A stretch of DNA of 64,000 nt from Pseudomonadota bacterium (lineage in GTDB: Bacteria; Myxococcota_A; Polyangia; JAAYKL01): the NCBI GenBank assembly GCA_023229365.1, contig JALNZK010000012.1, forward strand, positions 3,472 through 67,471, given 5' to 3'. The notes beneath the pieces are model-generated. The model saw only the letters and a program-made list of their open reading frames with translations, searched no databases and was not told where the DNA came from. The stretch's first letter is position 1. Every line of letters starts with the position of its first letter. Positions 1 to 8,108 of the stretch are shown piece after piece. A program made the translations under genes and the position numbers.

Positions 1-1
1 C

Positions 2-1624
2 GAGCGCGAGGGCGACTACGCCCTGGTCGCGACGACGCCGAGCTCGAGCACCGAGTACATCACCAGCCAGGAAGACATCTTCGCCAAGCTCCCGATAGGC
101 GCGCTGAACCTCGCCGCCGAGTTCCGCGCCGGAGACAGGTGGTCGCTCGACTACGTCATCGTCGGGATGCGGCGGGCGCGGACTGCGGCGTTCGGCCGCG
201 ACGCGCTCTCCGTCGGGTGCGCGCGTGCGACGCACTTCGTTTCCGGCATGGCGATAGGCGCGTACCGCCTCGTGTCCGAAGCGCGCCGCCGAGCGGGCGT
301 GGAGGCAGGCGTTTCCGGCGCGGGCGCCGGCGCGTCGACCGCTGCGGGCGCGGGCACGCTGCGCCAGGACGGCTTCCCGGAGACGTGCGCCGGCGAGCAG
401 GCGCGCGCCGACGATCCGCGCTGCCAGGCGATCGTGCAGCTGTTCCTCGAGCCTTTAGGCGAACGGGCCGCGGACGAGCAGCCGGCGGCCCCCGCGAGCG
501 GCGCCGGGGCGGGCGCGGCGACCCCGCCTGTCGCCGTGACGCAGAAGGGCGCCGCCAGCTACGGCGCGCAGCTCGAGGGGGCGTGGGCCGCGCTGCGCGA
601 CAAGGCGAAGGGCGCCGATCTGGAGCGTCGGCTCGAGCTGTACCAGCGGTTCCTCAGCGACTACCCGGTGGAGAACCCGCACGCGGCCGGCGCGCGGCAG
701 GAGATCGCGCGCATCGACGACGCGCTCGCGGCGAGGGCAGCGGCAGAGGGTGCGGACGCCGAGAAGGAGAGGAAGCTCGCCGCCGAGCGCGAGCGGGCGA
801 CGCTGATCCGTGAGGCGTACGAGGCCGCGCGCGGGGCGAAGGGCAGCGCGGCCGAACGGCTGGCGATCTGGAAGCGGTTCATCCAGGCCTACCCGGGAGA
901 GGACAACCCGTACCTGAAGACCGCGATCCGCGAGGCGAAGCGGCTCTCCGCGCAGGGCGAGACGTCGTCGAAGGAGGTCGGTCCCGCGGGCGTGGAGTGG
1001 GTCTACTCGGCTCCCGCCGGCGTGCGCTTGACGCGGAGCGAGATCACGGTGGAGCAGTACCGGGCGTGCGTGGGCGCCGGGGCCTGCTCGTCGGCGGGCC
1101 TCGGCGTGCCGTTCGACGGCGCCGTCGAGCGCCCGGAAGCGGCGGCGACGTGCAACTGGGGAAAGGCCGGCCGCGGGAAGCACCCGATGAACTGCATCGA
1201 TTGGCGGCAGGCGGTGGCGGTGTGCGCCTGGCTCGGCGGCAGGCTGCCGACGGAGGAGGAGTGGGCCGCGGAGGCGTCCGACGCCGGCGGGCGTCTGTGG
1301 CCGTGGGCCGGGGCCGCCGGCGTCTCCTGCGATAGGGCGGTGTGGGGCGGGGGCGCCGAGGGGGACGGCTGCGGCCGCGGTGCGACCTGGCCGGTCTGCT
1401 CGAAGCGCGGCGGCGACAGCGCCTCCGGGCTCTGTGACGTCGTCGGCAACCTCTGGGAGTGGACGAGCTCGGCCTACGACGGCGAGCACGACTGGCGCGT
1501 GCAGCGCGGCGGCTCCTGGCACACGGGCGATCCGTCGCTGGCGACCGCGCAGGTGCGGGGCAGCGCCGGTCCGACGCAACGGGACGGGTACACAGGCGTG
1601 CGCTGCGCGCGGACCGGGAGCTGA
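2..1624 (+). CDS. 5'-partial protein with C-terminal formylglycine-generating-enzyme (FGE-sulfatase/SUMF1) domain. The frame is open from the window edge.
   Basis: Frame 2 has no stop from nt 2. The C-terminal region carries FGE motifs (RLPTEEEW, NLWEWT, GGSWH, GVRCAR). The N-terminal part has TPR-like repeats. Confidence 0.75.
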   Translation, partial: EREGDYALVATTPSSSTEYITSQEDIFAKLPIGALNLAAEFRAGDRWSLDYVIVGMRRARTAAFGRDALSVGCARATHFVSGMAIGAYRLVSEARRRAGVEAGVSGAGAGASTAAGAGTLRQDGFPETCAGEQARADDPRCQAIVQLFLEPLGERAADEQPAAPASGAGAGAATPPVAVTQKGAASYGAQLEGAWAALRDKAKGADLERRLELYQRFLSDYPVENPHAAGARQEIARIDDALAARAAAEGADAEKERKLAAERERATLIREAYEAARGAKGSAAERLAIWKRFIQAYPGEDNPYLKTAIREAKRLSAQGETSSKEVGPAGVEWVYSAPAGVRLTRSEITVEQYRACVGAGACSSAGLGVPFDGAVERPEAAATCNWGKAGRGKHPMNCIDWRQAVAVCAWLGGRLPTEEEWAAEASDAGGRLWPWAGAAGVSCDRAVWGGGAEGDGCGRGATWPVCSKRGGDSASGLCDVVGNLWEWTSSAYDGEHDWRVQRGGSWHTGDPSLATAQVRGSAGPTQRDGYTGVRCARTGS

Positions 1625-1672
1625 CGGCGGGCTCACCCCAGCGGGAGGGACGGTTCGATAGGATCCCCGGGT

Positions 1673-2023
1673 TCAGCGCGGGGTGAGGCGCCGCACCTGC
1701 CGCGCGATGCCGACGGCGAACGGGATCAGGCAGACGAAGAAGACCATCGCGCCGAAGATGAGCGGGATCCGCGCCTCGGCGTAGCCGACTTCCGCGATCT
1801 CGGGAGCGAAGCCGTCCCCCCAGGCGATCGCCTCGGCTACCATCATGCGCCCGTATACCCAGCCCGCGACGCCGACGAGCAGCGGCACCGGGACGTTGGC
1901 GATCCCGAGGATGAACGACCACCTCCGCGCGAACGCCGCGTGGAGGATCGCCGCGACGAATGCGGCGAGGCCGAAGAGCGTGATGAAGGGCATGGCAAAG
2001 CCGCCTTCCAGGAAAAGATCCAT
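1673..2023 (-). CDS. small integral membrane protein (3 predicted TM helices), hypothetical
   Basis: ORF with a strong upstream AGGAGG RBS and hydrophobic helices. Confidence 0.55.
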   Translation of the reverse strand: MDLFLEGGFAMPFITLFGLAAFVAAILHAAFARRWSFILGIANVPVPLLVGVAGWVYGRMMVAEAIAWGDGFAPEIAEVGYAEARIPLIFGAMVFFVCLIPFAVGIARQVRRLTPR

Positions 2024-2093
2024 GGTCGCCTCCTCGTTGCGGTCGGTCGTCGTGGATTCTAGTGCGGCGTGGGGCGGGGCTCAACCGGCGACG

Positions 2094-2975
2094 CTACTCC
2101 CAGTAGTAATAGGGGTTGTACGGGCGCGGGGGCGGGGGCGGTGCGAAGCCGGGGTCCGGGCTGTGTGGGAACGGATTCGGTTCGTAGGGGCGGGGCGGCG
2201 GCGGGTAGTAGGGCCGGATGACGCCGCGGGCGATCAGCCCTTGGTGATCGTCATAGTAGATTGCAAGCTTGGAGTCGGGCCGGCGGCTTCGCCGTTCGAA
2301 CGTCGTCTCGGAGGCGGGCGAGTAACGATCCTCCCCGTAGCCGGTGCCGATCCCCTGCTCGGAGCGCTCGCGCGCCGCGTAGCCACCCGCCGCGTCACCG
2401 CTCGCGGACGGCGCGGCCGACTTGCCGTGAGAGGAGCCGAGCCTGCGGGACTCGTAGTAGTCGTCTTCGTATACCGGAACGGGGCGCCTGTCCTTCTCAC
2501 GGAAGATCGCGACGCCGATCACGCCGACGTCGCTGTCGTCGCCCATGCGTGCTGCGTAGGACTCCTCCACCTCAGTGAACCGGAACGCCGCGACGCCGCT
2601 CCATGACGTCCTGAACCCGTCGATCTCCACCGAGGCATACGGGTCGATGACGTACCCGCGCTGGCGCTTGTAGTTGCCCTGGCGGCCCGTGATCACGTCA
2701 CGGCCGTCCACGGTGACAACCGCCTCGACGCGCTCGCCGGTGCCGTTGTAGACGCGGATCGTGTATCGCAGCCCCTGGCGCCCTTCGACGAAGGTGTAGC
2801 CGCGATGATGGTACGTCGGCAGGACGCCGTCGTCCGAGTCGATCTGGACGCTGAAACTCCCGCCCCACGAAACCGAACGGGACATCTTCTGCGCGGCGGC
2901 GGGCGCCGCGTACAACGCTACGGCGACGGCGCCGGCGGCGACCGCGAGGGCGACTGTCGAAACGGAACGGCGCAT
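2094..2975 (-). CDS. secreted hypothetical protein with a proline-rich C-terminal tail
   Basis: N-terminal signal peptide (ALAVAAGAVAVALYAAPAAAQ), AGGAGGA RBS, and PPPPRPY repeats at the C-terminus. Confidence 0.6.
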   Translation of the reverse strand: MRRSVSTVALAVAAGAVAVALYAAPAAAQKMSRSVSWGGSFSVQIDSDDGVLPTYHHRGYTFVEGRQGLRYTIRVYNGTGERVEAVVTVDGRDVITGRQGNYKRQRGYVIDPYASVEIDGFRTSWSGVAAFRFTEVEESYAARMGDDSDVGVIGVAIFREKDRRPVPVYEDDYYESRRLGSSHGKSAAPSASGDAAGGYAARERSEQGIGTGYGEDRYSPASETTFERRSRRPDSKLAIYYDDHQGLIARGVIRPYYPPPPRPYEPNPFPHSPDPGFAPPPPPRPYNPYYYWE

Positions 2976-3048
2976 GTCTCTCCTCCTTGAACGGCTCAGG
3001 TGGATTTCCTGTGCTCCTGCGGTGAGACGGGCGGCCGGGAAAAAGGAT

Positions 3049-3699
3049 CTACTCGCGCTGTCCCCGATGCATTCCCTCGCGCCAGCGCCGCAGGTCCTCT
3101 GCCGTGTCGATATCCCACAACGTCGGGCCGCGCCGCACCGAGAAGCCGGAGCTCATGACCGCGTGCTCCAGCGCGGCGAGCGCGCCTCCTGTCCCGAGAG
3201 GGACGGTGCGGAGCGCCTCGCGGATATCGACCGTGGCACCGAGCGCCCAGAAGCCGCCGTCCTCGGCGGGACCTATCGACACGTCCGCCTCGTCGAGCAG
3301 GGATGCTGCGCTGAGCACGTCGGCGGGAGCTATCTCGGGGTGATCCGCACCGACGGCGACGACGCCGCGCCGCGGGGCGTTCGGGTCGGGGCAAAACAGC
3401 GCGCAGAGGTTCCCGAGCATGTCCGCGTTCGGCTGGGGACGCAGGTTCGAGGCGATCGCGGCCGGAAGCGGAGACGACGCCGGCCACTCCCCGAGGTGCC
3501 AGAGCACCGGTGCGAGATCCGGTCGCTCCCGGCACGCCGCGACGACAGCGGCGATGGTCCTGTCGAGCAGCTCTGTGTACACGGCGAGCGCCTCAGCCGC
3601 CCCGATCTCCTCGGCGAGGCGCGTCTTGACGCGGCCGAGGATCGGCGCACGCACGAACAGCGCGATCTCGAGCATCCCTCTTTTCTTGTCTGTCCCCAC
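3049..3699 (-). CDS. DUF2064 family protein (TIGR04282-like, 'rSAM/selenodomain-associated transferase 1'; CofC/MobA-like nucleotidyltransferase fold)
   Basis: N-terminal motif LFVRAPILGRVKTRLA is characteristic of DUF2064. A GTG start with an AAGGA RBS is likely. Confidence 0.7.
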   Translation of the reverse strand: MGTDKKRGMLEIALFVRAPILGRVKTRLAEEIGAAEALAVYTELLDRTIAAVVAACRERPDLAPVLWHLGEWPASSPLPAAIASNLRPQPNADMLGNLCALFCPDPNAPRRGVVAVGADHPEIAPADVLSAASLLDEADVSIGPAEDGGFWALGATVDIREALRTVPLGTGGALAALEHAVMSSGFSVRRGPTLWDIDTAEDLRRWREGMHRGQRE

Positions 3700-3743
3700 G
3701 TTGCGTCCTTATCCTATCGGCAATCCCCCATCAACGTGTCCGC

Positions 3744-4595
3744 CTACCCCGTGAACGTCGACTGTCGAGCGCCGGTGGACGCCTTGGAGTAGCAGTACGC
3801 GCACCCTCCGAGGCACACGTCGTCGTAGCGGCCGATCTCCTCGCTCTCGACGCAGAGGCAGTGCGTCCGCTGGGAGCGATCCCGGCCCAGCGTGCAGGGC
3901 TCTCCGTGCGGATGGCCATGGGCGAGGATGTCCGCGGGAACGCACTGCGCGGGCTGGACGTACGGGCTCAACGAGAGGTTGTCGGGTTGCGCGCACGAGA
4001 GGAGCGCGATGCCGAGCGGTCGCGCGATTTCGACCATCGAGCGCACGAAGGCCGGTTTCTCCTCTTCGCGCCAGCGAGGGATCCCCGCGGCCTCGAACTG
4101 CGGAGCCAGATCGCCCTTGAGGCTGCGATACGAAGGAAAGGAGAACGTGCACGTGGTCACGCCGAGCGCCGACATCGCGGCCGCGATACGTGCGAAGTCT
4201 TCGAGCCGCGAGTGTCCGGCGAGGATCGGATCGAACCGCCACCGCACGCGCCAGGGCTCGTCGTGGAAGGCGCCGACGAGCGCCGGCAGGGCGTCGATCG
4301 CGGCGTCGACGGACGGTGTCGCGGGTTCGAGGCGTCCTCCGCCGAGTCCCGTGATCGTGAGGTTGACGATCGGGTTCGCGAGCTCGAGGCGCACGAGATC
4401 GTGGAGCGCGCCGCCGCGGAGGAAAGGTGCGAGGTGTCTCGTCCAGAAAACGACGCCATAGAGCGGGCGCGTTCTCGAGCGCGCCACCCGGCCGCGGATC
4501 CGGGACGCGCACGTCTCGGCGTGGAAGCCAGGCAGATCGGTGCGCCGCGACGCGGACAGGATGAGCGGGCGGCCGCTCTTTTCGGGCTGGCCCAT
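3744..4595 (-). CDS. DUF1848 family protein with a C-terminal CxxxCxxC cysteine cluster
   Basis: N-terminal ILSASRRTD signature. The C-terminus has VCLGGCAYCY (C-x3-C-x2-C) plus further Cys residues (CLC). Length about 283 aa. Confidence 0.65.
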   Translation of the reverse strand: MGQPEKSGRPLILSASRRTDLPGFHAETCASRIRGRVARSRTRPLYGVVFWTRHLAPFLRGGALHDLVRLELANPIVNLTITGLGGGRLEPATPSVDAAIDALPALVGAFHDEPWRVRWRFDPILAGHSRLEDFARIAAAMSALGVTTCTFSFPSYRSLKGDLAPQFEAAGIPRWREEEKPAFVRSMVEIARPLGIALLSCAQPDNLSLSPYVQPAQCVPADILAHGHPHGEPCTLGRDRSQRTHCLCVESEEIGRYDDVCLGGCAYCYSKASTGARQSTFTG

Positions 4596-4706
4596 CGCGG
4601 CATTCTATCCCGGCGGGCCGCTCGCGTCAGCCTCGCAGCGAGAGGGTCGCATTGACCTGCCCGCGGCTGTGTGATAGTTGATTGGCAACGATTTCGGGAG
4701 GTTGCA

Positions 4707-4970
4707 ATGCGCGTAATTGAGACCGAAGAGGCCGCCCGGCGACTGGCGCGGGCGATCGCATCGGACCTGTCACTCTACAATGAGGACAAGATCCTCGAGG
4801 GGCTCCAGGCCGACAACCTCTACGAGATCCTCGCCGAGGAGATCGAAGAGGGGCGCGAGCTGTTCCGCGGCCGCGTCATGCCCGAGCTGTTCGGGCTGAA
4901 TTTCTACGATCGCGCGATTATCGATCTGCTCATCAAGTCCAAGGGCCACATCAAGTGCAAGCTCTGGTAG
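4707..4970 (+). CDS. small acidic hypothetical protein
   Basis: ORF with a GGGAGG RBS 7 nt upstream of the ATG at 4707. It sits immediately upstream of the rluD-like gene. Confidence 0.45.
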   Translation: MRVIETEEAARRLARAIASDLSLYNEDKILEGLQADNLYEILAEEIEEGRELFRGRVMPELFGLNFYDRAIIDLLIKSKGHIKCKLW

Positions 4971-4974
4971 GTCG

Positions 4975-5961
4975 GTGATCCACGAACCTTCCCTTTCGGA
5001 AAGCGACATCCTCGACGTCTGGCGCTGGGTCGTGGAGGACGGCGATCGCGGTGCGCGGCTCGACAAGTTCCTGTCCCGCCAGGAAGACGTCGAGATCACG
5101 CGATCGCAGCTGAAGCGGGTCATCGACGCGGGGTTCGCGCGCGTCGACGGAACGGCCGCACGCCCGGCGAGACTCCTTCGGCCCGGTCAGATCGTCGAGT
5201 TGCGCGTGCCGCCCCCCGAGCCGCTCTCGGCCGAGCCCGAGCCGATCCCGATCGAGATCCGCTACGAGGACGAGCACGTCGTGGTCGTCGACAAGCCGCA
5301 GGGGCTCGTCGTGCACCCGGCCCCGGGCCACGCGCGCGGGACGCTCGTGAACGCCCTGCTGCACTGGTGCGCGCCGCGGGGAGGCGATCCGCTTCGCCCG
5401 GGCATCGTCCACAGGCTCGACAAGGACACCTCCGGGTTGATGGTCGTCGCCAAGACCGAGGCGGCCCACGCGCACCTCGCGGTGCAGTTCCACGAGCACA
5501 CCGTAGATCGACGCTACCGGGTCCTCGTTTCCGGGACGCCTCCGGATCGCGGCGAGTGGCGCACGCTGCACGGCAGGCGCGAGGGCGATCGCAAGCTGTT
5601 CAGCTCGCGGGTGAGGCGCGGCAGGAGCGCGGTGAGCGCTTTCGAGACCGTGGAGCGTTTCCCCGCCGGGCCGGCGGCGATGCTCGCCGTGACGCTGTCG
5701 ACCGGGCGGACCCACCAGGTGCGCGTGCATTGTGCGGACCACGGCCTTCCGGTGCTCGGCGATCGCGCGTACGGCCCCAAGCACCTCCAGCCCGCCCTGC
5801 GCGCGGTCCACGATGCGCTCCCCGGACAGGCGCTCCACGCCGAGTTGCTGGGGTTCGACCATCCGATCCTCGGACGGCGGATGACGTTCACGAGCGAGCC
5901 GAACCCCGCGTTCTCGGCCGCGCTCGACGCGCTGCGCCACCTCGGCGAGGCGATCGGCTGA
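4975..5961 (+). CDS. rluD: RluA-family 23S rRNA pseudouridine synthase (RluD/RluC-like) with an N-terminal S4 domain
   Basis: Motifs HRLDKDTSGLMVVAKT and GRTHQIRVH; S4-like N-terminus. Confidence 0.85.
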   Translation: MIHEPSLSESDILDVWRWVVEDGDRGARLDKFLSRQEDVEITRSQLKRVIDAGFARVDGTAARPARLLRPGQIVELRVPPPEPLSAEPEPIPIEIRYEDEHVVVVDKPQGLVVHPAPGHARGTLVNALLHWCAPRGGDPLRPGIVHRLDKDTSGLMVVAKTEAAHAHLAVQFHEHTVDRRYRVLVSGTPPDRGEWRTLHGRREGDRKLFSSRVRRGRSAVSAFETVERFPAGPAAMLAVTLSTGRTHQVRVHCADHGLPVLGDRAYGPKHLQPALRAVHDALPGQALHAELLGFDHPILGRRMTFTSEPNPAFSAALDALRHLGEAIG

Positions 5962-6197
5962 CCGACCCCGAGCCTTCACTTCCATCTGTTGGTTCGAATA
6001 TTGCTTCCGACGGGAGACGGATTTTGCCGAAAAGATGACAAGACTGTTATAAGTACGCGAAAATCCAGGAATGATGGAACGGAGAATCGACAAGCTCGGG
6101 ACGAGGTGTTGCTGAAACGACACGCTTGCAGTGTGGCAAACGCGTGTCACTGTGACTTTTTGATACAGTTTCGAATTGGAATATGAGGAATTTCGAG
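5962..6197 (+). promoter_or_regulatory. AT-rich (roughly 45% GC) intergenic leader upstream of the cytidylyltransferase-transaminase fusion gene
   Basis: A marked GC drop relative to the ~70% GC surroundings. A GAGGA RBS lies before the ATG at 6198. Confidence 0.25.
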
Positions 6198-8063
6198 ATG
6201 AAGCGCGCTATCGTACTCGCGGATGAACGAAGTGCTAGAATCGTAAATGGTTCCGGGCATATGAAGGCTCTGGCGAAGGTGGGCGGACTGCCGCTCATCA
6301 TCCGGAACCTCCGGACCCTGCACGCGGCGGGCGTCGAGGAAGCGATCGTCGTCACCGGCTATCAGGACCAGCGCGTGCGGCGAGCGCTCGAGAGCTATCA
6401 CCTCGGCATCAAGGTCACCGTGGTGCACAACGAGAACTGGCACCTCGGCAGCGCCCACTCCCTGATCGCCGCTTCGGGGTGGATCGAGGACCAGACGATA
6501 CTCGTTCCGTCGGACCACATGTACCCGCCGTCGCTCGTGCGGCGCGTCATCCACTGCCCGGTCGCCGCGGACTCGGTGCTGCTCGCGGTGGACCGACGCC
6601 GCGACGAGGTGTTCGACGAGGAGGAGTGCATCAAGGTCCGGCTCAAGGGCGATCTCGTCACCGATCTCGGGACCGACCTTGACGACGCGGATGGCGTCTG
6701 TCCGGGGCTCGTGCGGATCTCCGCACAGCTCGTGGAGCGCCTGCGGCGGCTGCTGCACGACGTCGACATCGATCTCCTCGACGCGCTCCGCGCCATGGCC
6801 CGACGCGGCCAGGTGCGCACGCTGGACGTCGAGAACGCCCGGTGGATCAGCATCTCGAGCCCGCAGGCGCGCCGCTACGCCGAGCTGCTCCTGCAGCTCC
6901 ATGGCGACACGCTCGAGACTGCCTACGCCGGGGAGCACGCCGTGCTGCTGAACCCCGGTCCCGTGGTGACAACACCGCGCGTCAAGGCCGCCGTCGGGGC
7001 GCGCGACATGTGCCACCGCGAGCCGATCTTCTCGAGCCTGTTCGATTCCGTGACGCGGAAGATGAAGACGGTGTTCTGCGCGGACAAGGACCACGACGTG
7101 CTCGTCGTCACCGCGTCGGGCACGGGCGGCATGGAGTCGGCGATCAACACGTTCGTCCCGGCGACCGGGAAGTTCCTCGTGATCAGGAACGGCGCGTTCG
7201 GCGAGCGGCTGGCCGAGATCGCGCGGACGCACGGCATCGCGGTCGAGGAGATCGCGCTGTCCTGGGGCGCACCGATCCCGCTCGACGAGGTGGAGCGCCT
7301 GCTCGACGCGCGGCCCGACATCAAGGCCGTGGGCATCGTGCACCACGAGACCTCGGTCGGCGTGCTGAACCCGGTCGCCGCCGTGGGCGCCATGACGCGC
7401 AAGCGGGGGGTGACGCTCATCGTGGACACGGTTTCGAGCCTCGGGGCCGAGGACGTCGACGTTGTGCGCGACAACATCGACGTGTGCGTCGCGAGTGCCA
7501 ACAAGTGCCTGCACGCGTTCGCCGGCCTCGTATCGGTCTGCGTTCGCCGGGACGTTTGGCAGACCATCGAGGGCGACAAGCCGCGGTCGTACTACCTGGA
7601 TCTGCGAAGGTACCGCGCGTTCCTCAGGGACCGCTGCCAGACGCCCTTCACGCCGGCGGTCAACACGATGATGTCGCTCAACGCGGCGCTGGACGAGCTG
7701 CTCGAGGTCGGGCTCGTCGGACGGCGCAACCACTACGTGCGCCTGAACGATCGCATCCGGCGCGGGCTCCTGTCGCTCGGCATGGACCTGGTCGACGAGG
7801 AGCGCTCGTCGCACAGCATCACGGTCGTCAAGGTGCCGGACGGCATGACGTACCAGGACATTTACCTCGGCCTCAAGGATCGCGGGTTCATCGTCTACGA
7901 GAGCAAGGGCGCCATGTCCGGGGGGTACTTCCAGGTCGCCAACATGGGCGCGCTCGAGGAGATCCACATCGACGAGTTCCTCGCCGCCATGGGGCAGGTG
8001 CTCGCCGAGGCACGCCACGGCTCGCTCGTCTCCGCCGCCGCCGGGGCGCTGCGGCTCGTCTGA
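6198..8063 (+). CDS. bifunctional nucleotidyltransferase (LicC/PntC-like cytidylyltransferase) fused to 2-aminoethylphosphonate:pyruvate aminotransferase (PhnW-like, class V)
   Basis: The N-terminal ~240 aa resemble an NTP-transferase (KALAKVGGLPLI..AIVVTGY). The C-terminal ~360 aa resemble PhnW (LLNPGPVVTTPRVKAA; SANKCL active-site Lys region). Confidence 0.7.
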   Translation: MKRAIVLADERSARIVNGSGHMKALAKVGGLPLIIRNLRTLHAAGVEEAIVVTGYQDQRVRRALESYHLGIKVTVVHNENWHLGSAHSLIAASGWIEDQTILVPSDHMYPPSLVRRVIHCPVAADSVLLAVDRRRDEVFDEEECIKVRLKGDLVTDLGTDLDDADGVCPGLVRISAQLVERLRRLLHDVDIDLLDALRAMARRGQVRTLDVENARWISISSPQARRYAELLLQLHGDTLETAYAGEHAVLLNPGPVVTTPRVKAAVGARDMCHREPIFSSLFDSVTRKMKTVFCADKDHDVLVVTASGTGGMESAINTFVPATGKFLVIRNGAFGERLAEIARTHGIAVEEIALSWGAPIPLDEVERLLDARPDIKAVGIVHHETSVGVLNPVAAVGAMTRKRGVTLIVDTVSSLGAEDVDVVRDNIDVCVASANKCLHAFAGLVSVCVRRDVWQTIEGDKPRSYYLDLRRYRAFLRDRCQTPFTPAVNTMMSLNAALDELLEVGLVGRRNHYVRLNDRIRRGLLSLGMDLVDEERSSHSITVVKVPDGMTYQDIYLGLKDRGFIVYESKGAMSGGYFQVANMGALEEIHIDEFLAAMGQVLAEARHGSLVSAAAGALRLV

Positions 8064-8070
8064 GCACGAC

Positions 8071-8108
8071 GGGCGCGGGAGGAGAACCGGCGCGCCCCTT
8101 CTACTTCT
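8071..8108. terminator. putative bidirectional rho-independent terminator between convergent genes
   Basis: GC-rich inverted repeat GGGCGCG...CGCGCCC followed by a T-rich tract (CTTCTACTTCTT). Confidence 0.4.

Noticed and set aside
455-2084. Long minus-strand ORFs (455-1636 and 1044-2084) overlapping the FGE-domain gene
   Set aside because: They are antisense to a gene with clear FGE motifs. Their translations are Arg/Pro/Ala-rich low-complexity sequences typical of out-of-frame high-GC DNA.
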